Shown here piece after piece: positions 49,396-60,354 of a DNA stretch of 64,000 bases (the first letter of the stretch is position 1; each line of letters opens with the position of its first letter). The DNA is from Phoronis australis. Lineage: Eukaryota > Animalia > Phoronida. Below the pieces are notes generated by a model that was not told where the DNA came from, searched no databases, and worked only from the letters and a program-made list of their open reading frames with translations. Location: assembly GCA_002633005.1 (NCBI GenBank), contig NMRA01000301.1:372001-436000 (forward strand). The letters run 5' to 3'. The position numbers and the translations under genes were made by a program.

Positions 49396-51765
49396 CATCA
49401 CGTGAGGTGTCCAAGAAAGGCGATGGTGGAGAGTAACACCTAGGTAGGAGACTTTTTCTTGGAGTGAGAGTTCAGTACCATAGAGCTTTCATGGTTTTAC
49501 ATTCGAACATCATCACTTTTGTTTTACTGCTATTGACCTCCAAGCCAACTGTCTCAGTCCATGGAATAGCGATATTAAGTGCCTTCTGGACAATAGTGCG
49601 GCATGTGCAAGCATCAACACTTGACACACAGAAGACAATGTCATCAGCATAGGCCTGTACAACTAGACCTTGCCCAATGTTAGCCAACAGCTGCCTTAAC
49701 AGGCACTCCATGACCATATTGAGGAGAGCAGGTGAAGCGGTACCACCTTGTGGAGTACCTCTAGTGAGACGGACAGTCACACTAGCTCCCTCAAGGTTAG
49801 TTGTTACAGTCTGACTGCTCAGCATGTACATAATCCACCTTAAAAGCCCTTTGTCAACCTAATATTGAACAAGTGAATTATAGATAGCATCATGTTTAAT
49901 GTAGCTGAAGGCACCTACAATGTCGATGTAAGCGCCAAAAGCAAACATTTTATTGTGTACAGCACTTTCAAGCTGTCTGATAAGGTGATGAAGAGCAGTC
50001 TCTGTAGAAAAGACAGCTCTGTAAGCGTACTGATTTCTCAGAAGTCTGGTCATAACATCTTGCCTTTCTAACTATCACAGAACCAATTTCTCAAGACCTT
50101 TCAAGAAGAAGGAAGATAGAGTTATAGGTCTGAAGGAGTCAGTTTTGAAGTAAGAATCCTTGCCAGGTTTGGGAATAAAAACAACCCTCGCCGTAGTGCA
50201 AGTTTCTGGGACGTAGCCTAGTCTAAAACTGGCCTTGTAAAGGTTAGACCGGATTTGGTAAGCTTGGTTCCTGCTTCCTGTACCATTTTAGAAAATATCA
50301 TATCTTACCCGGGGGCCTTCCATGATTTAAAAGACATGAGGGCCACTTGTTAAGATTTAGCAAGAAGAGGCAAAAAGCAGCTTTCGAGTTGTAATTGAAA
50401 TGAATGAGGCATGTATACCTTACACAAAAGGATAACCGTATATGATTTATCAGTTGTAGACAAAAGTTGAATTTCTAAAGATTTTGCAGTTGAAGATACA
50501 ACCAATTTTATTTTAGGAAGGGATTTAAAAGTTTTGTTTTGTAGAAAATACCAAAATTTTTACATCACGCAGATGAAGAGTCTTTCTTTAAGCGTGATGG
50601 CTTTTCGGTAACCGCTGCTCTCTTCTCTGATATCGTCTCCTACCAATGATAAATATGGTCAAGTTGCCGTTCTTTAATATTGTTGAAACTCTTCCAGTGA
50701 AACTGAATCTCCTGCACGTGGCAATAATATTCCCCAGAAACGTTTCGTCTTTGAAAGGTTTTGTGTTCTGAAAAAGGTCCAGGTCTCTTTCGCTTTCTTT
50801 TCGTGATTGAATGCACCTCATCATCGCCGTATGAAGACGTAAGCCTACCACCCGGCCGTCGCACGACAAAACTGACGACAGCTAGAAGTGCTCAAAAACG
50901 AGAGTATCATATCAGGCATGGAACTAACGCAGTGACATAAAAAATAGTGCAATTTAAAGAAAGTAGTTTTTTCAAATGTATGATGATATGTTATATTAGC
51001 ATCAGTAATTCAGTAGATGTAAAGTTCAATAATAATTATAAAAATTAATTTCTGCAAGGCACTACTCCATCACGCCTTCTGCTCTTTCGATATGAACGAA
51101 ATTCACCTAGAAAACGGCGCAGAAAGAGGCGTCTCCGTCCCCCTCTTAGTATAAACCCACCTTTATGAAGGTAGTGTGATCACGTGCTTCACTTGTAATA
51201 CATGGCGATATCTTGCCTGTTCTTGCAGAACGCACGCTTGTGCTTTGAAGACGCAAAAAACTCGCGAGAACGCATGATGACGCAAGTTTTCAAGAAATAT
51301 CGCCTTGCATTACAAACAAAGCACGTTATTACACTAGCTCTTCTTACGAATGTCTTAACTGCACGGAGAGCCCAGCTTAGTAGTTTTGCGTCATCCCTAC
51401 AGTTTGTATCAACACAAGATCGCACCTTCCCCTAGTTGTTTTTGGCAATTGACAATTTTCAGCCTACCCCAGCTAGATGATCCATCCACCTAACTAGGCG
51501 ACTTGATTGACTGCATGATTGAGTATTGAGTTACGACCCGGACTTAACATCTTGAAAGAAATTAACATACAATTTGCATAGAACGTTTCAAATATTAAGT
51601 ATTAAAATTGTTGATGAATCAATGACCTGTAGGGTAGGGCTGATGACGCGCAAGTTTGAATGAGGTCCAATGCAGCTGACAGCCGCTGGCGAGCACGACA
51701 TAAAAGTGCTTAAAACCAACATTTTTGATACATTTAATTCCAGTAACTCAGCGTCAGAATAATAA

Positions 51766-51818
51766 ACACACACAAACACACACACACGCACGCACACACA
51801 CACGCACACACACACACA
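51766..51818. repeat. Imperfect (CA)n microsatellite
   Basis: Direct reading. A (CGCA)n run also occurs at about 52803-52830. Confidence 0.95.
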
Positions 51819-54118
51819 ATGCACTCACTGAATGGCCACTTAGTTGACATAAGATTTAATCATCTATCTCCAAATCTATCAGGCTGTCCATTCTTTCCAA
51901 AATATGTTTCTCAGTGGTATAACACTGTTTTAAAATATTCACAAAAGCAGACATAGAAAGTAAAGCGCCCCTCCAATCTTTGAAAGTGATGTTTTCCTAG
52001 AATCAAAGCCATCGGACCTCCGCCGCGCCGTCAGCTCCGCCGGCGTCTTGGCACGACCCGCCCGCCAAGCCGGTTGCGCGGCTCGAGGCTAGACCACTCC
52101 TCCAGGTCGGACTGGGCGTATCAGGCCGGCGGCCAAGCCGGCTGCGCGGTAAAGGACCGACGACCCCTCAGACTCAGTCGGGCGGGCCGTGCCAGTTAAA
52201 GCTGCCGGCCAAGCCGGCTGCCCAGCAGCGGTCTGACGGTCGCCGGCTGCGCGGCAGGGGTCCGACGACCCCCCAGACTCAGTCGAGCGGGCCCTTGCTG
52301 TTGCCAACGGCAACTATGAGGAGTATCAGCCGAGTTGCCAAACCTCGTTGTTGATGGCCTTCAGCTTCACACTAAGGTCTTGTGACATAGTAGGCTAAAC
52401 GCAAAACACGATTCTAGTCGACGTCAGAATGCCGGACTTGGAAACAATGCGGGACATTGTAATACGCTGTCTAGAGACGTTACGGGGTAAGAGCCCGAAG
52501 CAGAAAGAAACAGTTGTCATTCTTCATGTTTAGGGACTTGACACTCCTGGTATGGCTGATGAGACAGGGATCGGGAATGCGGCCCAAAGTTCAGGAGCGA
52601 TGGGGTTACCGCAAATGTTCCTGTTCGCAAAATCAACCGTGCACCGCAAAACGAGGCCGGCAGGCTCCGTCTATGTGCCAAAAACTGATAACCAGACCAC
52701 CTTTCAACTCAGTTGGGGGAGGGCGACAATATGTGCCGGTGTCCACTGCTGCGACATTGCCGTCTATCGTACCAATTCACGCCCAATGCGTGCACATACA
52801 ATCGCACGCACGCACGCACGCACGCACGCACAGAGTGTTTAACTACCTAACAGGAGCTTTTCACCATATCAAGTCAAAATATCGCACCGCAAAATGAACC
52901 TAAATTCCATCATGGATCGATGAGCGATATTTATTCGATTTTGTAAAGCCTAGCTGGTTTAGAGACAATAATATAAGGCCAAACAATGCCTGTTATGCCA
53001 CGCTGACCCGGTGTCTCGGGGCCAGTGGATTTGCGGCCGGGCCTGTAACTTTTAAAAGTTAACTTGGCACCCGGGCCAGTAAATTTTCAGACTAACTGGC
53101 CCGGCGGGCCAGCACATTTATTTGCTGAAGTTCGAATGCTGTGCGTGAACTCAGTCGGAATCTTGCTTAACTTCTCAAGATAGCGTATGCGTGAATTTGG
53201 AATGACGAGGAAACTTTTTAAGTTCACTCAACTATTTACGTTCACGTTTATAAAAAATTGCACTGCACTAAATCAAATTACATGTTAAACCAATCTTTTT
53301 TCAACTATTGGCAATCTTATTCATCAAACAATAATTCATTTAACCATATACATATTCCTCAGATTCTTTGACACATATTAGGGTAAAGGAGAAAATGGGT
53401 GATCATGAGGCCAAATTACAAAAAAAAAAAATCTTTACACTGAAGAAAAAAGTTCACCTGATTGCTCAAATGAATTCCAAGTAAACGCATACACAATCAA
53501 ATTAAGCAGGATTCCAAGTTCACGCAAAGCACCAACACTTGGTCGAAGTAACCGCTGGCAGGGTTTAATTTTTGGCAATAGCACAATGGTCACAAATGCA
53601 ATGCCAATGAACTTCAAGAAAGATGACAAAACAGGAGCGCCCACACATAAATGCTGAAATTCTTTTCGATGCTCTTAAAAGTTGTTTCACCAAAAGATTA
53701 AGGCTTATGTATAAAAAGATGAATCAGCAACTCGATCAGTATTGAAAAATATAAAAACGGGTACCATCCTTACAGCAAATTATGGCGGAAAACCAAGAAC
53801 CATTCCAGCAGAACCCTCGCGCACTAGGTCGTACCGGCAGGGCTTCCATATTTTTATCACATAGTTTCAGATTTTATAGTCATCCAAGCATGATTTTATA
53901 TTGATGAACAACATTGGTTAACGCTTGCTTTCATTATTTAATTTACACATAACGAGTTCGCCTTGAAGTTACATTGAAGAAAATTTACCCGCTAGTAAAA
54001 AGTCATAGTCGACTTCTGGGCCCGGAATGTAATCTCTTTTATTCGAAATAGAATATAATTTTACTTTTGTATATACGTGTCTAGTATTCTATTTTCGTGG
54101 ATAACTGTGTATTCCTAT

Positions 54119-54307
54119 TTTGCACTTGATGACCCCCACCATTAAAGCCATAAATTTCGAGTCTGAACTTGACATCTTCAGTTGACTTTTTACTGAGTTT
54201 GTAACTTGACATCTTCAGTTGACTTTTCACTGAGTTTGTAACTTGACATCTTCAGTTGACTTTTTACTGAGTTTGTAACTTGAATATAAGGGTCATCAAG
54301 TGCGAAA
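54119..54307. mobile_element. Inverted-repeat-bounded element containing a 37-bp x3 tandem array
   Basis: TTTGCACTTGATGACCC ... GGGTCATCAAGTGCGAA; array AACTTGACATCTTCAGTTGACTTTTTACTGAGTTTGT at 54166-54283. Confidence 0.7.
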
Positions 54308-55971
54308 GTGCCGTGAGTGCCCTAAAGTCGTGAACGATCTTATTTCCGCTTCTGCGCGGTCCCGCGAGATCTAGCGTTGAAGTTACCAGCGTTCGTCTGC
54401 TCGAGAACGTCAAACGAATACCCGGACGTGTTGATATTCACAATATGAAAATAAACAGTGAGTGGGAGGCTTCTTTTTAAAATGTATCTCAAAACAGCAT
54501 ATTTCACTAATCCACTTTTGTGCATTTTGAGAATATATATTTTCGAAACTAAAAATCGTTCAGATTTGCTGTAACACGCAATCCAGGGGTAGCTTGAACA
54601 ATGTATCAAAATGTCCCAGGATCGATCAAGTTTTGTAAGGCTAAATCAATAAAATACAGAGAGATAATTGCTGCTGGGTTCTTAGCATTTTACGTAAACA
54701 ACCTCATTAAAAACGTCTGTGCACATTTAAGTTGGGTGCAAAACACAAAACAATTTATTTCAATTGAAACTGAACTAAAAAACAATGCAGTGCGTTTTGA
54801 CGTCGTCTAGAGTAACTGTAAGCAGTTGATTTGTGTGGTCTTACTTTGTGCATTTCCCTCTAAACGAAACGGTCACGCCTTTACGGCCTCATTCAAATTG
54901 GCTGGCGATATCAGCGACCGTTTCAAAACTCTGCCTACGGAGACAAGCAAAGGTTAAGATTGACAAAAGACGTACATTTGTGAAAGCTGATATATGTCCA
55001 CGACATCACATGAGCAGTTGCTAACGTACATTGGGTAGTATGAGAATCAGCTGCTTTTTATGCTTATATTCACGACTTTAGGTCACCGGTGTCCATGAAG
55101 TGGTTTGCATAAATGTATTCAAGTCCAAAATGATAAATAATTATCTAAGATTGCATTAAAGGAGAACAAAAATGCCAACCTTAGTTTCGAGTTAAATTTC
55201 TAGTAAAAAGATTAGAACCTTGGCCCAGTTTTTAAGCAAAAGCCTTCGTCCCAAATAATCAAGATACTTAGTGGAAGATATCATTTTTGATTGCCTATGA
55301 CCCGGCAAGGACCCGTAATGCCACGCTACACTTTATGACATACTACATTACGCATTACTGACAATATTAAAACTCCAAAATCGTTTTCAAACATGTGCAC
55401 TCTTAAAATAACGCCCACTGGAAAGTTATTAAGTTGTCCTTGTTCAAGGTTTCACTTCGATCCACTGATTTGCCAACCATCACGGAAAACTGCTAGTGCA
55501 CAGGTAAAACCGAATTTCTCAGTGGCACAAAATATTTAAAACGATGGCAAAGGAAAAGAGAGTCGTTTCATACATGCACATGTATTTTCTTGGCACAACG
55601 AATAACACTTCATAACACATGGCATCAATAAGACTTAACATGCAATAGGGAACTACAAATCCAATCTGAAATTTAACGTTAAATACCAGTTTCAACGTAA
55701 GTTCAAGTGCTTTTAACAAGGCATCCCTGCACATTAAAATATTCCTGTGACATGGTCCCACATTCCTGAACATAGCAGATATAGTTTAATCTAAAAAAAT
55801 TAACAGCTTCTAGTTTCAAATGAGCTGTTCAAAAATCAATGAATGAAGGAAAATAAAATAAATTAACTATATAACAGAAAACCCTATCATCAACAATGAT
55901 TTAATTGGTAAAAGTACATAACATAGAAGCAGGGAGTGTGGCCAAATAGGACAAGTGAACCTTTTATTCAA

Positions 55972-56200
55972 AGGAGAATGCCACCCGATTTAATTGGTCT
56001 TTTTACCGTCTTAATCGGTCTATATCCACATCACCTCGTACACGGTCGATCTTGCCGTCCGTTATCAGCTTCACAGAAACACATATGTCAAATCTCATCA
56101 AGATCCTGTGAGGGATTTAGGAGATGCACGCCGGACACCGTACGCCCAGACTGATAAAACGGCAATATGCACTCACATATAAATATGTGGGCGCGTAAAA
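55972..56200. mobile_element. Kolobok-like terminus fused to a Helentron-like 3' end
   Basis: 55972-56056 matches the reverse complement of about 48453-48537. 56057-56200 ends in the CACATATAAATATGTG hairpin shared with about 58310 and 62418. Confidence 0.75.
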
Positions 56201-56658
56201 ACCAATGCTATGTTAAAAGAGAATCTTGTGAGAATAAAATTTTCACTAACAATTTGCGTTACATACTGTTATGTCGAGTTTCTGACTAAAAGGAAACAGA
56301 ATCGGAACCTATAAGCAATAGAAAGACAGAACTTTCAATACACACTGGTCTAGTTAAATATTTTCCACCGCAGATTTCATGAATTCTTAATAAAGGAGTA
56401 ACCCAGGATAACCATTGACACCAATTTAAAAAAGAGAGTTCACAATGAATTTGCAAGATTACACCCCAACTGCAATCTGGTTTAAGTGAACAATTAGGTT
56501 GGAAATTACTTCGCAACCTTCATTCTAAAACTACAGCAACTACTATTTCTTACATCAATTTTGGCCACAATAGAATCAAGAAAACGGACAATTGCCGCAC
56601 AAATTAAAAAGTTCACATCAACTTGAAGTTTTGTCTGTTCATTAGACATCATCAGGAT

Positions 56659-58333
56659 ACAAGAGCAACGCAGAGCGTTGAAATGCGCCCACGAATGCAT
56701 GGCAAATGGTGTGCTTTTAGGGTTATTTATTTGTATCATAAAATGGCCAAACGCACAATCCATCCAAAAACGGACATGACATATTTCATCAAATCTGTCA
56801 AGGAACTTCAGAGAAACAAAGGAAAGCAGAACAATATGTAATTGCCACTTGTGGGCACAGCGTCCGTTCGATCCCCCAGACAGTCATCGTCTGCTATCTC
56901 CACATTAATTCACTTACTAAATTTAATAAAGATCCTGCAGAGTGTTTTAGAGATACAGTTATGAGTGAAAAACAAAACAAAACTACCACTAGGAGGCGCC
57001 ACAGTAGTCAGTCGCCATCATCAAACGTCCTCTTCACAAAAACAGGATGATAGCGCCATCTCACCAATAGATGCCTATATTCAAAATTTTATGAAAAATC
57101 TGTTGAGGACCTTTGAAGATACAGACTGGTAAACATAAAAAAATAAAATTGCCACTAGGGGGCACGCCAAAACTCAGATCTGTCTGAAAGTCGTCGTCAA
57201 TATCATATAGATACACTTGCTAAATTAAGTAAAGATCCTGCAAACGGTTTAGGAGATACAGCGATGAGCGCAAAAAAAACTGCCACTAGGAGGCGCCACA
57301 GTAGTCGAACTCGTCGGAAAATCATCGTCAGCCATCCACTTCATAGACTCTATTCACGCGGCAGACATCAAAATCCAAAGCGAGGCTCACTGCGATAAAC
57401 AAAGCGAAAGTAGACATTGCGNGCGCCTCCTGTCGGCGTGAATAGGGTCTATAGTAAAAACATACATGCCAATTTTCAGAATTATCCTGAAAGCGGTTTG
57501 GTTGATAGACGAGTGGACGCCAAAAATATACTCGAAAACAGCAAAAGTGGCCATTAGGTGGCGCAAACTAGATCGAATCCATCTTTAAACGATGAGATAG
57601 CATCATCTCGTTAACAGATGCCTGTATGCCAAATTTTATGAAAATACATTTAGGACCTTTGAACATACAGAGGTAAACATAAGAAAATGAAATTGCCACT
57701 AGGTGGCACACCAGCAGTCAGATCCGTCCGAAAAGTGTTGTCGTCCATTGTCAACATCATATAAATACACTTATTAAATTTAGTAAAGATCCTTTGAACA
57801 GTTTAGAAGATACAGACATAGGCGCAAATAAAAACAAAACTGCCGCTAGGAGGCGTCACAGCAGTCGAAATCATCGGAAAGTCATCGTCAGCCATCCACT
57901 TCAGTCAGAACATATGTGCCAATTTTCACAATCATCCTTTGAGAGGTTTGCTTGATAGGGCGGTAGATGCAAAAAACAGACTCGAAAACAGTAAAAATGG
58001 CCACTAGGTGGCGCAAACTATGTTGAGTCCATCCGAAAACGGTATGACAGCGTCATCTCACTAATAGGTGCCAATATACCAAATTTTATGAAAATCCGTT
58101 CAGGACTTTTGAAGATACAGAGGTAAACGTAAAAAAACTAAAATTGCCACTAGGGGACACAACGGTAGTCGGATCCATCCGAAAGTTCGCTCATACCATC
58201 CCATCCACGGAAGGAACACATGCAAAATTTCATGAAGATAGGTAGAGTCGTTTTAGAGATAGAGCAGTGGACGCTGGACGGAAAAACGGAGATGATGGCA
58301 CAATGTGTCCACATATAAATATGTGGGCCATAA
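56659..58333 (+). mobile_element. Helentron/HINE-like non-autonomous element A with internal ~150-bp monomers
   Basis: Starts ACAAGAGCAACGCAGAG; subterminal ATGCGCCCAC; tandem monomers; GGACG microsatellite remnant; terminal palindrome CCACATATAAATATGTGG; no TSD seen. Confidence 0.75.
57343..57452. mobile_element. TIR element nested in element A (interior collapsed at N 57422)
   Basis: ATAGACTCTATTCACGC ... GCGTGAATAGGGTCTAT (16/17 match). The empty site TTCATAGTAA is seen in the sister monomer at 61541. Confidence 0.8.
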
Positions 58334-58580
58334 CAATCAGACATCAAGTGTCCACATACGAGTCAGGTTACATCCATGAAGTGAAATTAGTGCAACAACA
58401 ATGGCAGGAAATAGTAAATAGGTCATCACCATAGCTGTAAGGTCAGTGAGCTCTCCATGTGAGTTGACACTTGATGACTGATTGGTTGTATCCTGATGAT
58501 GTCCAATGAATAGATGAAATGTCAAATTAATATGAACTTTTTCATTTGTGCGACAATTGTCTGTTTATTAATAATACTAA

Positions 58581-60215
58581 TTATGTATATATAACCTCTG
58601 AACTATTTTCCCCAGTGAGCTCAGGGCTCCTGGTAGAAAATCTCTTCGCAAATATGTGTAGTCCCAGAAAGGAAATGAGCACCAGTACAGAGGAACTGAA
58701 CAATATATATATCATACTCATCGGTCCATACGTTTTAAAAATTAAACCCGTGAGTGGGGTCATCGTCATACTTGAGACAGAGGACGCTCCCAATATGGAA
58801 GCTGATACTAAACCATCTACAGTTAAATACAAGTTAATGAATGAAAAACCAGCAGCAAAAAATGATCCCATTCCCAACCCGACCAAGCCAAACCCAACCC
58901 ACGTGATGGCCTCATGTATGTGAATCAGAGCTAACAGTAACGTGAAGCCCAGACAGACAATTGAAGAGTCAACATACATCATTTGTACAGGGGAGAGCAA
59001 GGTAGAAAGCGGAATCCCCACTAGGCGCCCGATGCCAAAAACTCCCCAAAATACAGAAGTTATTAGTGGCCCCTTGAATTTTTCCCACTTCAATCCTTCG
59101 ACGACAAATGTTGCCAACAAATTACCAGTAGTCTGTTCAGTGCAGATGTAAAAGTAATACAAGAAACTAATGCAGACAATCATAACAGCTTTAAACAGCT
59201 TTGTCTGTTTCTTCCCTCCTTTCAGTTTACTTTTCTTTTGGCTAAGTTTTCTAATTTTCCATCCATCCAGTATGAATGCTATGAAACAGAGCAAAGACAT
59301 AAGTAACGATATTGAGCCCACAGTCAAGATGCCATATTGAACGTGGGTTCGCAATTCACTGGAGGTACTACCATTGCCAACAACAGTAATGTTAATGCTG
59401 TACACGGCAGTTGGTTTTGTTTCCATGGCAACGTTTCCTTTCAGTGAATCGTTGGAATAATTCAGAGTATCAAGCACAATTGACGAATTCTGCAAATGAA
59501 TGTTAGAGTTTTTAACGTCTTCGGATATAAACAGTTTGATTATAAGCGGTGAAAGTGTGGCGCCGACTGACCACATAAAGTGGATTCCTTGTATTACTGA
59601 GTTTTGATGGCGGTTACCATGCCACAGTTTTAAGATACTAACTTGACCAACACAATCTCCTCCTCCTTGGAAGGCTGCAGACAGTGTCATGAACACGCAA
59701 AATACGGCAAGTTCTCGTATCCAAACAGACATGGCAAGAAATGCCGACATCCCAACAGAAATTACGAAGAAGAAAAAGCCGTCTTCTAGCTTATTCACGA
59801 GAAATCCTGACAGAATTGTACCCGCAAGATATCCTACACTAACACAGGTAAATACGACCACGATTGTTTTCGTGTCTGTGTAGAATACTTCATCCAAGTC
59901 TATCAAGGCTGGTCCTAAGCTTGCTGATGTGAGTCCCAGGCACAAAAACGAAGCATAAATACTGACAGTGAAAAATATCTTCTTCCCAAATGATAATTCT
60001 TGAGTTTCCAAAACATTCTTTTTTCCACTTTCACCTTCATAAGACTCTCCCTCGACAATAAAGCGGCCTCGCTCTTCAAAACCACTTTCATCAGTTTGGT
60101 TGTCAGTAAGAGACTGCAGTTGAACATGTTCTTGTGCAGTGCCATCAGGGGGAAGCCTTTTTGTCTGATGTAATTTATCCAGAGCAGATGGAGCTTCAAA
60201 ACATCCACCTGTCAT
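58581..60215 (-). CDS. MFS transporter, MFSD4/NaGLT1 family, paralog 3; single coding exon, 544 aa
   Basis: FLCLGLTSASLGPALIDL, IQGIHFMWSVGATLSP, TSVFWGVFGIGRL; long loop rich in sequons (NSS, NYS, NDS, NIT, NGS). Acceptor TTTTGTTTTCAG| 19 nt before the ATG; AATAAA at 58569-58564. Confidence 0.9.
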   Translation of the reverse strand: MTGGCFEAPSALDKLHQTKRLPPDGTAQEHVQLQSLTDNQTDESGFEERGRFIVEGESYEGESGKKNVLETQELSFGKKIFFTVSIYASFLCLGLTSASLGPALIDLDEVFYTDTKTIVVVFTCVSVGYLAGTILSGFLVNKLEDGFFFFVISVGMSAFLAMSVWIRELAVFCVFMTLSAAFQGGGDCVGQVSILKLWHGNRHQNSVIQGIHFMWSVGATLSPLIIKLFISEDVKNSNIHLQNSSIVLDTLNYSNDSLKGNVAMETKPTAVYSINITVVGNGSTSSELRTHVQYGILTVGSISLLMSLLCFIAFILDGWKIRKLSQKKSKLKGGKKQTKLFKAVMIVCISFLYYFYICTEQTTGNLLATFVVEGLKWEKFKGPLITSVFWGVFGIGRLVGIPLSTLLSPVQMMYVDSSIVCLGFTLLLALIHIHEAITWVGFGLVGLGMGSFFAAGFSFINLYLTVDGLVSASILGASSVSSMTMTPLTGLIFKTYGPMSMIYILFSSSVLVLISFLGLHIFAKRFSTRSPELTGENSSEVIYT

Positions 60216-60354
60216 TGTTTGATGAATTAGCTTCCTGAAAACAAAAACATTTCAAATTAAATGTGACATGAATGTTCACTTGGTATTGTACATTAGATAT
60301 CAAGTGACACTTTAGTTACCTGAAGCTGCCGATAGGTAACTAATGCTCAGCCAA

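Larger units (their letters stand above)
46113..50350 (-). mobile_element. Decayed 5'-truncated non-LTR retrotransposon with RT, RNase H and Cys/His motif (LOA/Lian-like), interrupted by two insertions
   Basis: Fragments VVFIPKPGK...FRPITL, QYAYR...STETALH, RGTPQGG, QAYADD, YLGVTL, GKTWGL...IRPMLAYA...QRLAC. RNase H YTDGSK...VFQAEI...SDSQAAIK continues after the insertion as W..A....GNETAD. Frameshifts and stops are present. Confidence 0.9.
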
